NCBI GenBank assembly: GCA_903813345.2
Contig: CAIIXF020000001.1
Span: 20,460,001 to 20,524,000, forward strand
Length of the DNA: 64,000 bases
Reading direction: 5' to 3'
Origin: Owenia fusiformis
Lineage: Eukaryota
Shown here: piece after piece, positions 11,501 to 23,500 of the stretch
Position numbering within the stretch: position 1 is the stretch's first letter
Layout: the number at the start of each line of letters is the position of its first letter
Notes under the pieces: model-generated
Seen by the model: the letters and a program-made list of their open reading frames with translations, nothing else
Told to the model about the DNA's origin: nothing
Database searches by the model: none
Made by a program: the position numbers and the translations under genes

Positions 11501-14500
11501 ACTCCAGTGAGTCTTAATTTCAAACAGATCTTTTTAGGGATGGTATACTGTACGCCCGGTATTATTCGCGAGCTTTAATTTCGCGAATTTTGCGAAAACA
11601 TGGTTTCGCGGCTATTAAATTTCGCGAATTTCACAAGTTTGAAATTCATTATTCTCGGAATTCTCAAGCTAAATTACTAGTAGATGTACAGTAATTGCAC
11701 TTACCTGATGTCATAGTTGGATCAGATTTACAATAACTGGGATCTTTATCATCGGCAAGCTGCATATCAACTTCTATTATCGCATCGTTAATTTCGGTCT
11801 TATTTTAAAATGAAAAAGCAGTTTGAATTCGTATTTTGTATTACATGTTGGTGGAAATCATCCAATTATCGCCCAATAACACTAGACGAAACGTTTTACA
11901 CAAAACGAAATGCATGTTGTAGTTCTTCTTACAGATGTAGGAATGGAGGGATCAGAAGTTGACGAAATGCATCAGAGCCCCGGGTAAAAACAAATTTAAT
12001 TGGCAATCTCGCGACGATATTTTTTCGCAATTTTAACACCATCGCGAAAAGCGCGAAAGTTAATCGCACGCGAATAATACCGGGCGTACAGTACACATTA
12101 AAAGCTCTTATAATAACAAATATCAAGCTAAATATTTTTATCAAGCATTTTCTCGATCAAGTCACATACCTTATTTTCTTGTAAAAGTGGGGATACACTT
12201 TTTTCTTGTAAAAGTGGGGATACACTTCGTGTTGTTTTCCTTTAGAAGAACTATGGGCCTGAAGCTCAACTCAAAGTGCTTCCTATAAAAGGCTTACTGG
12301 GTGTTTGAGAATTTATTTTGTATATCTCCTTGAATATTTTTTCTAAATAGCACTTTATATAGCTAGCGATCATATATAGCTAGCCATCATAGAAGAATAG
12401 GGCCAGAATTCTTTTTGAACTGTAAACAACACACTTGTTTACTGGAAAATTTATAATATTTCTTAGAATAAAGTCAGTAGGCATCATTTCGAAATTCAAT
12501 AAATTTGCCAGACACAAGTATCTTACAAAGTTGCCTTATTACAAGAAAACAAGCAAAGAGCCCTAGTAGTTGTAAGAAGGTGGAGGCCCATTCGGGTTTT
12601 TCTCATCAGGTTTCACATCTGGGTTGTATGGCGGGGGTTGGGGTCCACCTGTTGCTTGAGGCTGACCATATTGTGGCTGTTGACCATATTGTTGCTGTTG
12701 ACCATATTGTGGCTGAGGCTGGCCATATTGTGGCTGAGGTTGGCCGTATTGTGGCTGAGGCTGGCCATATTGTGGCTGTCCATATTGTTGGGGTTGTGCC
12801 TGTTGTCCTGTAAGAATGTTAATATATAATGAATGTCATGTACAGGCTGTGCCAAAAAACTTTTTTAGAAGGCTAGAAAAGTATTACAACATTATGGTTG
12901 AAGTTGAAGTCAGTATTAGCTTAAGTATTTGAATGGTAAAATATGCCTATTTCTCATGTCAATACCATAATGTTATGATACTTTTTTCGCCATCTAAAAA
13001 AGTTGCAAATTTTTTGGGCACACCCTGTACTTATGTCCTGTAGCTATTGTTGGAACTGTTCTCCGATATCACTCCTTGTTGGATCTGTTCAGAAAGCACC
13101 TCCCATATTTTCAAAAAGTGTGGCAAAACTGATTTACTCTTTACTTGGCACTTAATTGTATTTATGGTGATACATTGCTATTTAAAGGAATACCCAAAAA
13201 TCACTTATACTTAAACTTTATCCTTAATTTTACAAATACTAACATAAGAATGCCATTCAATAATCACACAGATGTACAATTAAGTGAGTTTACCTGGTGG
13301 TGGGATAACTGTAGTCGTTTGACCCTGTGGGTAGTATGCGGCCTGCGTGGCAGGCTGGCCTTGGGTTATAACTGTGGTCTGCCTACCTTGAACAACATAT
13401 CCCGGGGATGACTGGAAGTCAAACAGAGAATACATAACTACAGAATGATATAAAAATATTAATATGAGTTATTATAACAAGATTGATTCGGTAACAATTT
13501 AAATTGTGATTTAACCAAGGTCATCTAAATCTGTTTTTTGTGTAAGTATTTAAATGATGAGGTACCGTTATAAAATACTACTGTGCATGCATCATTACTT
13601 TGCAGTACAAAAAAGATAATAAGGCCATTTAAATATCAAACAATGACGGAATGTGCATATAAATGTTGTCGTAAATTACTTAATCAGTAAGATGCATTTG
13701 CATTTAAAAACCTCTACCTCTGGGATGCATTATTATGTCAAAATCCCACCCCTCTGGAGAAACTGTGTCAAAGTCCTGACCCTTTGCTTTTAAGGGTTCA
13801 GCTTTAAATGGTGCATAACAAGGTACCGTATTACCATAAGTTTCACTATTGCTGTTGCAAATTGCTATCAGAAATACTCCAGTAAAACTATGAAACAGGA
13901 CAATTTGGTACAATGAGGATATTACGCAACCATGTTAAAATAAACTCTTCTAATCTCACACTACCCTACCTCGATCACGCATGCGCGAATTTTTTGGCTT
14001 TCAATCAGGTCGCTTTTGAGTATATCGACTGCTTATACTCAAAAGGTTAATACGTTTGGTGCTCGGAGTGAGTCAATATTGCTATTTGCTACACTTCAGT
14101 GGTGCAATAGTGAAGTCGATGTTCCAAGTTATATGATAGTTATAGAAAGAATGAAAATAATATCGTTTTAAATTTTAAAATATTTGATATGTCATAGTAC
14201 ACGGTACACAGTTGCAAGTTGATCAATACAGGGTACAAGGAATGTAAATTGTTCAATAGTACAGGGAGCGAGAAAGTAAGCTGATTATACAGACATACTA
14301 TGTCCTGACCTCGTGTACATTTACGTTGCAAACAGTGAAAGTAATGCTAAAAAGGCCGCCTGTTGATGCATTGGGGTGTCATCAATTGTTATTTAATCCA
14401 AAAAGGAAACATTATTTTGTAGATTTAGACACAAGCTTTCAGGTCGTATGCATTTTAGTCATAAAATTAACAAGAACGCTAGATTATACGTGTTACTAGG

Positions 14501-17500
14501 ATATCAAATTGAAATAAAATAATGAAATTAAATATTAAGACGTTAATGATAAATGACTATCCGCTACTCAGAATAATTAAAATTGCCTGAACTACATGTG
14601 AAGAATCTTTCTATATAACCCCTTGAATGGTATAATTCACTACCGTCCTCAAAAACCGATCATTTAAAATGTTTTGTTCAAATTCACAAAAATACAGTTG
14701 AATAACATACTAGAAAACATATCCACATATAACATGATGACACGAAGTTTAAATAATAGTTAACTGTTTTTTTGTTACATATCAATTATCAATGTAACAT
14801 TTTCGAAGGGAAACTTACATGCTCCCTGTACGTTGACAGATTTACTGAAATGTATCGTGTATTGCATTCGAGTTTTGCTTCACTGCGCCCACTATTATCT
14901 ATCTTTGCCTATAGTGGTTTTTAGCCAACAATATTCTACAAACTGCTTGATGAATCAATTCTATGTCTGGTAGAACACTAGAAATAAATGTAAAATGTAT
15001 TTTACGTTCAGAAATATGAAATTAAACCCACGTCCTCCATTTGCAACTTAGCTGTACCCTGTTTCCATTTTAAACGTGGTCACGTGGTAGGGTAGTGTGA
15101 ATCTACCAGTGTTAACTGCTGCATATAGCCAGTATTATCGGACACTTTGGTAAGAAAATTTCAAAAATTAGTACCGTGGGTACTGGGCTCACATGGTGAC
15201 AGAAAAAAACGGATATAATTTTTTGCTGATTTTTTGTAACAAGATTATTTCAAGCCACTTGCCACTATTTTGGACTGACGGAGAGACAGATGGACAAATC
15301 GATGTTAAGTAAAATTGCTGAAAAAAAACGGATATAATTTTTTTCAATTATTTGGAACAAAATTATTGCAAGTGCAAGACACCTGAAATTATTTGTAAAG
15401 CTAGGAAATGGGTCAAAAGTGAATTTCAAGAATGGCGACCATTTTGAAAATAGGCGAGCTTTTGAACCAAGAGTCATAGGAGAGTTTTTTGTATTGATGT
15501 TGAACAAAATTAACTTAAAACGGGAATCCTATCGACAGAGGTTTTAAGGTAAATGGTCAAAAAGTGGATTTTGCGAGACAGATGGACAAATCAATGTTAA
15601 CTAAAATGGCTGAAAATAAAAAAAATGGATATAATTTTTCGCTGATTTCTCGTAACAAAATTATTTCATACATCTTCTCTTTACATTGACATGGATTTTT
15701 ACAATGTATGACACTTGAAATTATTTGTAAAGCTAGGAAATGGGTCAAAAGTGAATTTCGCGAGACAAAAATGGCGGCCATTTTGAAAATAGGCGAGCTT
15801 TTGAACCAGGAGTCATAGGGGAGTTTTCTGTATTGATGTTGAACAGAAATAACTTAAAACAGGAATCCTATCGACAGAGGTTTTAAAACGTGCCACTGTT
15901 ATTGACGAAAAGTGGATTTCGCGAGTCAGATAGACAAATCAATGTTAACTAAAATGGCTGAAAATAAAAAAATATTATAACATATATCTACCCTTTACAT
16001 TGACATGGATTATTACAGTGTAGGATACCTGAAATTATTTGTAAAGCTAGGAAATGGGTCAAAAGTGAATTTCGCGAGACAAAAGTGACAGCCATTTTGA
16101 AAATAGGCGAGCTTTTGAACCAGGAGTCATAGGGGAGTTTTCTGTATTGATCTTGAACAGAAATAACTTAAAACAGGAATCCTATCGACAGAGTTTTAAA
16201 GGAAATGGGTCAAAAGTGAATTTCGCGAGACAAAAGTGACGGCCATTTTGAAAATAGGCAAGCTTTTGAACCAGGAGTCATAGGGGAGTTTTCTGTATTG
16301 ATCTTGAACAGAAATAACTTAAAACAGGAATCATATCGACAGAGGTTTTAAAACGCGCCACTATTGTTGACGGACAGACAGACGGACGGACGGACGGACG
16401 GACAGACGGACGGACGGACAGACAGACGGACAAGTGAGTGATTGCAAAAGCTCACCATGTGAGCTAAAAACAACTACTCACTGATATATTGAAATAACTG
16501 TTACCTTCTAGGCTAAATAAGTGACTAAAGCAAATGAACAAACGTGTGAATCAGATATAAACTTAATGAATCCTGCCTAGTTTTGCATTAATCACACAAT
16601 GTTATACTCACTGTATAACAGCACACGGCAGCACATCCAAATGATGATCCAATGATGCAGAGAATCCCCTCGGCTAATGTGATAGCAAGTAACAAGGCAT
16701 TCACTGCCAGCTGAGGATCCTGAAAAAGTAATAAACTACAAATTACAAATTGTGGAAGAAATACCACTTAACTTACAGATGATGTACTGTAAGACATACA
16801 TAGCCACCAACATGTGGTGGTGACATAAAAATGGAAATCTCAACAAACAAATTCATGAATCTGAAAAATGTCACAATATAATATTACTAAAGTTAATTTA
16901 AGGTTTGGGTGGCCATTTTGAATTTTCAAGTGCACAAACAGAAAGAGAAAACATAAAGATCTACTTTTAGATCAAAATATTTATATGAAAATGTGTCCAT
17001 TAATATTTCAATTATTTTCTGGATGGGGATGGATCCCAAGCTTAGCTATATCTTTATCAAACTTTGTTCCCCGGGAAAAGGAAAAATTCTTAATGAATAA
17101 TAATCATGCCTAATATTTAAAATATTCAAACATTCTTACTATGGATGTGTAATTTTAAAACAGAAAATTCTGTTATTACCCTTGATATCCTCGTAAAAAT
17201 GGAATTCCTTTCCCATATCTCAGGATTCAATCTGTAGCTTCTGCCATAATAGTTGTCATCCATGCCAACTCCTGCTGCTGTTATTCCAAGCATGACAAGG
17301 CAGGCGAATGAAACAGTTATTATGCACATCACCATAAAGCCAGTAATCTAGAAAAAAAGGAAATATAGACTATAGACAAGGTTCTTTTCTGTGATGATAC
17401 AACATTTTCAAAATATGTTGTTACCACAGTTTCCAAAAATCAGAATTATTTTTGGGAAAGGTTTATACTATAATCTGATAATATCCCCTTTATTTATTTT

Positions 17501-20500
17501 TAAGTAATAGTATCATTTTTATGAACATTAAAATGAAGCTTGATTTTATTGTGTACCTAAATGTAAATATGAATTACTTACGTAACCATTCTGCCCATTT
17601 CTGGTTGGTTTAGAGGCCAGTATACCAAGAACACCAGTAATACCATAGAACTAGAATAAAATGGATGATTAATAAACTTGGTGATTAGGAAAAGTCTCTT
17701 TCTTTTTAACTTAGTTGCAAAGTTTGTTTATACAGCAGGCCCAACCTTTTTAAAACAGCTATCCTTACACATTCATGATACTGTACTTCTATTTAATTTG
17801 ACATGAGCTATTTTGGCTGATTTGCTGTTTTGAACATTTGGTGGTTACTTAATTTGGCGGACTTGCAATATTACAATGTAATAATGGTACTAATTTACAT
17901 GGTACTAATATTACCGGGGAGTTTGGCGAGTACTAAATTTGGCGGACTTTAACTAACAATTTGGCAGATTCACCAAATTAAAATGGCTGTAAAATTAAGT
18001 AGAAGTACAGTAATATATAAACCTTGTTCCTGATTTGCTGGCTGTCCAAACCTAATTTTTCAGGACAATTCAAAGTATCATTAATCTTATGTGTACATAC
18101 CAGTACTCCACACCAAAGGCCAACACCACTCTGGTATAGGCTGGCCTTGATTCCTATTGCCACACAGCCCAATATAAAACTCAATACACCCCCCATCAGG
18201 ATGAGGATTCCTACGACATTAGAGGCTTTTTTGTTGTAGCGATCACTAACACTTCTCCCTGGAACTTGACTCTGGTTGTACACCACAACATTGGGCTGTG
18301 CAACCACTGGCTGAGTGGTGGTTATGTATTGTGTCGTCATTATCAGATCTTAAAAAAATGAATACCAATATAAATTGTTATTGGATGAGAAGAATGTGGT
18401 ACTCACAGTTCTCCTAAGGTCAGGGTGCACTTTGATGAAATTTCATGACCATGTGCTATTTTCAGATAACATAACTCATTCCACACATCATCTACATCTT
18501 TCATTCTTGCACAAAAGATGCATTAGTGTACCTAGGCTATTAATTGAGGGTTGATAATTCTTCAGAATGTTTGAATACTGTGAAATGGGTAATTTTGACA
18601 CCGGGAAATTTTAGCGATTTTTTAATTTTAGGGGGTTTTAGCGCGTGAAATTTTAGCGAAATTAAGATTCTATAGACCTTGATTTTGAAAATGATCCTTT
18701 GCTCACTTATGGTACGGGAGAATTTAAGCAATATCATTGGTTGTTGAACCGTGTTCAATAACCCAGATGCGAGTAGAAATAATCTTGATTTACGTCATTA
18801 AAAATTCAAAATTCAGTCAAAGTAATATCATATTTGAAATCTACATGTAAAATTACATCTAGAAATGTGGTTTTAAAAAGTGTTTATCAACTTTGAAAAA
18901 TTACTTTTCTTCGAAAATGTGACTTCTAGCTCGGGGAGATTCCCCATAGACCCCATGCTATAAAATCACAAAAAATGAAATATCTTTTCTTTTAGTGGAC
19001 AGATAATATTTTGCTTTACTGGACATATTTTCATTAGTATAAGTATCAGACACATAAGGGTTATATGAAAATTGAGCCACTTAAATTGATAATATTCAAG
19101 TTTAAGGGAACTTTCTTATATACCTGCCATGTTAATTGACCCGAATCAGCCACCTGGTGGTGAAACTGGTAACTACCTACTCGCATTTGGGTAATTAACA
19201 CCTTTTATCTTTATATTTACTACTAATACTATTTCACTGATGGATGGCTATTTATCCTTCAGATATTGAAAGAAACATACGATTTAAAAATATTTACCTT
19301 TTTCAAATTACAAACCGGAAGTTGAGCACTGAACGAAAAGCTCCTTAAATACATATAGGTTATTTACTGGGAGGGATTGAATATGGGTTTTATTCCGAGG
19401 GACAATATGATATTGACCGAAGGGTAATATGATATTGACCGAGGGAGCGCAGCGACCGTGTGTCAATATCATATTTCCCAAGGTCAATATCATATTTTCC
19501 GAGGAATGAAACCCATATTTAATCCCGACCAGAAATAACCTATTTATTCCATAATACATTCCTCTAAAATGTTACATTTTGAAAATGCTTTTATCAATTA
19601 GCTAAGGTTAAAAATAACAGGAAAACCAAAAAAAATAGGTTAATACGTTCCAATACGATTTTTTTCCCGGGGACAATACGATTTTTTCATGTAATACGCT
19701 CCAATACGATTTTTTCCCGGGGACAATACGATTTTTTCATGTAATACGATTCAATACGATTTTTATTCCTTCATATTTCCCTGGGAAAACAGTAGTATTA
19801 TTGAATAAGTTGTGCTATATTATAGTAAAACCAGTGGGATGGAACACCTCTCTGTAGACCTATGAACAAAGAATCCTTTTCAAAAGAATCTAATATTTTT
19901 CCATTGACTTAGATGTTAACAGACCAAAGAACACAATTTTGAGGCAAATTATGATAATTCACCTGTGAACAAGGAATATTGGTGACATTGTATACAATGT
20001 ATATATAGAATAGAATAAGTCCTGCTTAACATTTAAATTGTTCTGATTTAAATATATGTTTTAGTACTACATAAAATAAAAGTTAAAGTGACACGGGTTC
20101 TATTCAACATACCTCGTATACTGCTGGATAACATGAAAGGCAAATTATTCTGACTAAAAGATTCTAGCCAGTTCTAACCAGCATTCTGGTTTTATCAGAT
20201 CATACATGTACATCAGTTGCTAGGACTGGAATCAGTTTGCCATAATGTTTGCCTGTTGCCTCTTTACTTAATATTAGCATTGCAAATATCCTGTATCATT
20301 TCAAGCCATTTTACAAAAATTTGGTGATCAAATACTGCAAGGTTTTATTTACTGCAACTTTGGATCTCATAAAACTGGTCATCAAATATGACTACATGTG
20401 TACATGTATGTCATTATGTTCTGATGTCACTGGCTGATCTGGGGGGGGGGGGGCAGGGACTCTAGAAAGGCGTGAAAGCCCCAAAAATTGGGCTTTTTGG

Positions 20501-23500
20501 TCATTACTGGGCCTGATAAGGCCTTTATTTTAATTTTAGGCTAAATTTTGAAGAAAATCGGCCTCAATTTCAAAAGCCCCCCCCCCAGGGGCGTAGGAAG
20601 GTGTAAATTCAACACTACACAAATAAATGGGAGAAAATTGTGTCATATCTGGCCTATATCAAAACACCTAGTACTATTTTATGCTTGTAAAAGGTCATTT
20701 TTATTATAATCTATTTCTAATAATGTTCTTAAAATGTTCAAATGTTTTTCATTATTTATAATCATGATGGTAAGCTGATCTTTGATATGATTTAAAGAAA
20801 ATTACAAATATGTAACACAATATAACGCAGGTTTGCGAAATGAAATTCAGGTAACAGCTTTCATTTGGAACGGTAGGGTGTCTTAAAATTCATAAGAATT
20901 GTTTGGGAGAGGCATAAGGGATGGGTGATTTCCGGTGCACTATTAAATTAAACATACATGTGGAGTAGCTGACATGAATTCCAGCAATAGTTGTTAGATA
21001 TCCGAATTTATTGACATTAGAATTCTCAGGGCTGTCAACTTGGGACCACCTAATATGAGTGACTTCAAAATGTTGGACACCTAAGTCCAAATCTGAACAC
21101 TTTTGTCCAAATTTTGAACACCTTTGGCCAACTTTTAAACACCTTTGGCCAAAGTTTGAGCACCTTTGCCAAACTATGATCACCTCAAATTTTTCGCGCT
21201 CGCTACGCTAGCAATATCGTCAACGGGGGGGGGGGGAGGTACGAAAATTTCCAATGAACATGCGTGACATATACGGGATTCGCGTGACAAATCCGAACAA
21301 ATTGCGTTCGGTTTTTTTCCGACGTTCGTATTTTTACCGTATCGTAAACATATTTCGAAAAATTTTCTACAGAAATATTTTTGCTTGACAATTACCAGGT
21401 AAAATGCGTATTTGCGTGACATTTTCTGTCACGCAAAAAAAACTGGCGTGACTTCAAATTCTTCAGCAAATGCGTGACAAATACGCAAATTGCGGGACAG
21501 TTGACAGGCCTGAATTCTACATCCCCACAGACCTCGGAGTAGTCAGAAAAATACAACAATTTATGTAACATTTTGATAATATTTACACAAGTTCTCTACT
21601 TTAATAGCATTGTTATTATTGAATTATTTCAGCATTTTTGGTATATTAGATGATACAATCCATCATAAACATTCAGTTAACATTTTTAGGTGATGTAGAA
21701 TTCTAATGTCAACAAATTCGGAAATATAAAAACTATGGCCTTTTAATTAGTGCACTAAAAAGAAGTAAAATCAACCAAGCCTTATCTCTCTAATAAGATT
21801 CATCATGAATTAAAAATATGACTGAAGAATGTTGGGAAATTAAGGCTGCATTTTTGTACATGCTTTTTGACCGCGAGGATGATTTTAATCCTAAAAATTA
21901 GCTAGATTGTGTTTATACCTCAATAGTATGTGCGAAATACCACTGTGTAAAAAATTTGAATATTACACAACCGTATCAATTTCACTTGCACCGCGTCGTA
22001 GGAAAATACACCCTAAACCTTTTTTCAACACTACGCATCGGCATTTTGGCATATATTGTCCCTACGCCACTGCCCCCCCCCCTTGTTGGTTCCCAGAGCC
22101 GTCCCTATATGTTACGTTGAATTACGTTGAATTACGTTGAATTACAATTTCATTGGAAAGACATTGTTTTGTTTTTATAATAATTGATGATTCTCTTCAT
22201 AAAAAACTTCATTTTGATTTAATTCATTGATCTCTGAATATATGCCATTGATTATGTAATATATGTCATCAGATTTACAGTAAAAAACATGTCTACAGGG
22301 CGTATCAAAAAAAACGCAACAAGTAGTTATCTCGTAAAATTCCAAAACTAGTGATGACTACATGAATTTCATTTGATGTACCATAAAGCCACGTCTCTCC
22401 TCTTTGCAATGATATGTCATTCATTCACATGTGGTAATGGTTGGTTGAGAAATCCTTCCATTTGCACAGTGGGTCAAAATCGACTCTGGGCCAAGTTTTA
22501 GATATTGCAAAAATCAGTGCAAGGGCTAAGTGCCAATGGAAGTTCCCCTGACTTGAATTGTTGTGACTTTTTCTTTTGGAGCTATCTAAGGAGCATCTGT
22601 GCTCACAATTCCTCCACCAGATATTGCAAAACCTTGAGAAAGAATTGCCCATGGGCTGCTTTTCTCTGCTTTAACCCACAGATGACTCAGGACTGAACCA
22701 TGCATGACGTGGACAGATGAGCGGATCTTTATGTGCAAGGAAGTGGTGGCAATTTGGAGGAGTATAGGATGTATTCTTGCAAGAGTATGAGTATGAACAC
22801 TTTACTGTCTATGCCACACCTGTCACTCCTTCTTCCAATAGCCCCTATGCCCCTTGTACTGACTTTTGCAATGTTCAAAACTTGGGTCCGAGCTGAATTT
22901 TGCCCCACTTTGCAAAATTAATGATTATTCGGCCACCCATGACTCTCTGTGAATGAATGATATTCCATTGCAAAGAGGAGTAATTTGGCTTTTTGGTACA
23001 TTGAATGAAAAGGATGCAGTCAGCATTGGTTTTATGTTTTCTTCAAATTTTGCATCGGGCTCCGTACACTGACTTTTGGGATGTTTATAACTTGGTCAAA
23101 AGCTAATTTTGGCCTACCTGGCAAATGGAATGATTTCTCGCCCAACCATGACCAAATATCAATGAATGATATATCATTGTAAAGAGGAGACACATGGCTT
23201 TATGGTGCATTGAATGAAATCAATGCTGTTATCACTGGTTTTGCGCTTTTTCGAGATAACAAACTGTTGCGTTTTTTTTGATACGCACTGTATGTGGAGC
23301 ACCTTTGGTACTTCTTAAAAGTGTTCCACTTTGGTTTAATATACCGGATTTTCTCGCATATATGCCCCCCTAAATTTAGGCCCTTGGGCCAAAAATCGAA
23401 TGTAGTACGCTTATACGCCCATGGGCCTATAAAAATGACTATTTATTGATTTTTTCAATAAATTCAAGAGTATTTTGTCACTGGCAGATCGTTCTGTCGT

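Noticed and set aside
12505..12855. Repetitive ORFs AEAGHIV (+), HNMASLS (-) and LRLAILW (+) in the ORF track
   Set aside because: They are alternative frames of the QPQYG exon; only the QPQYG frame is in phase with the upstream exon.
20100..20250. Possible 5' UTR exon of the nested gene (minus donor gtatgt at about 20112)
   Set aside because: Plausible, but a single donor motif cannot be supported without transcripts.
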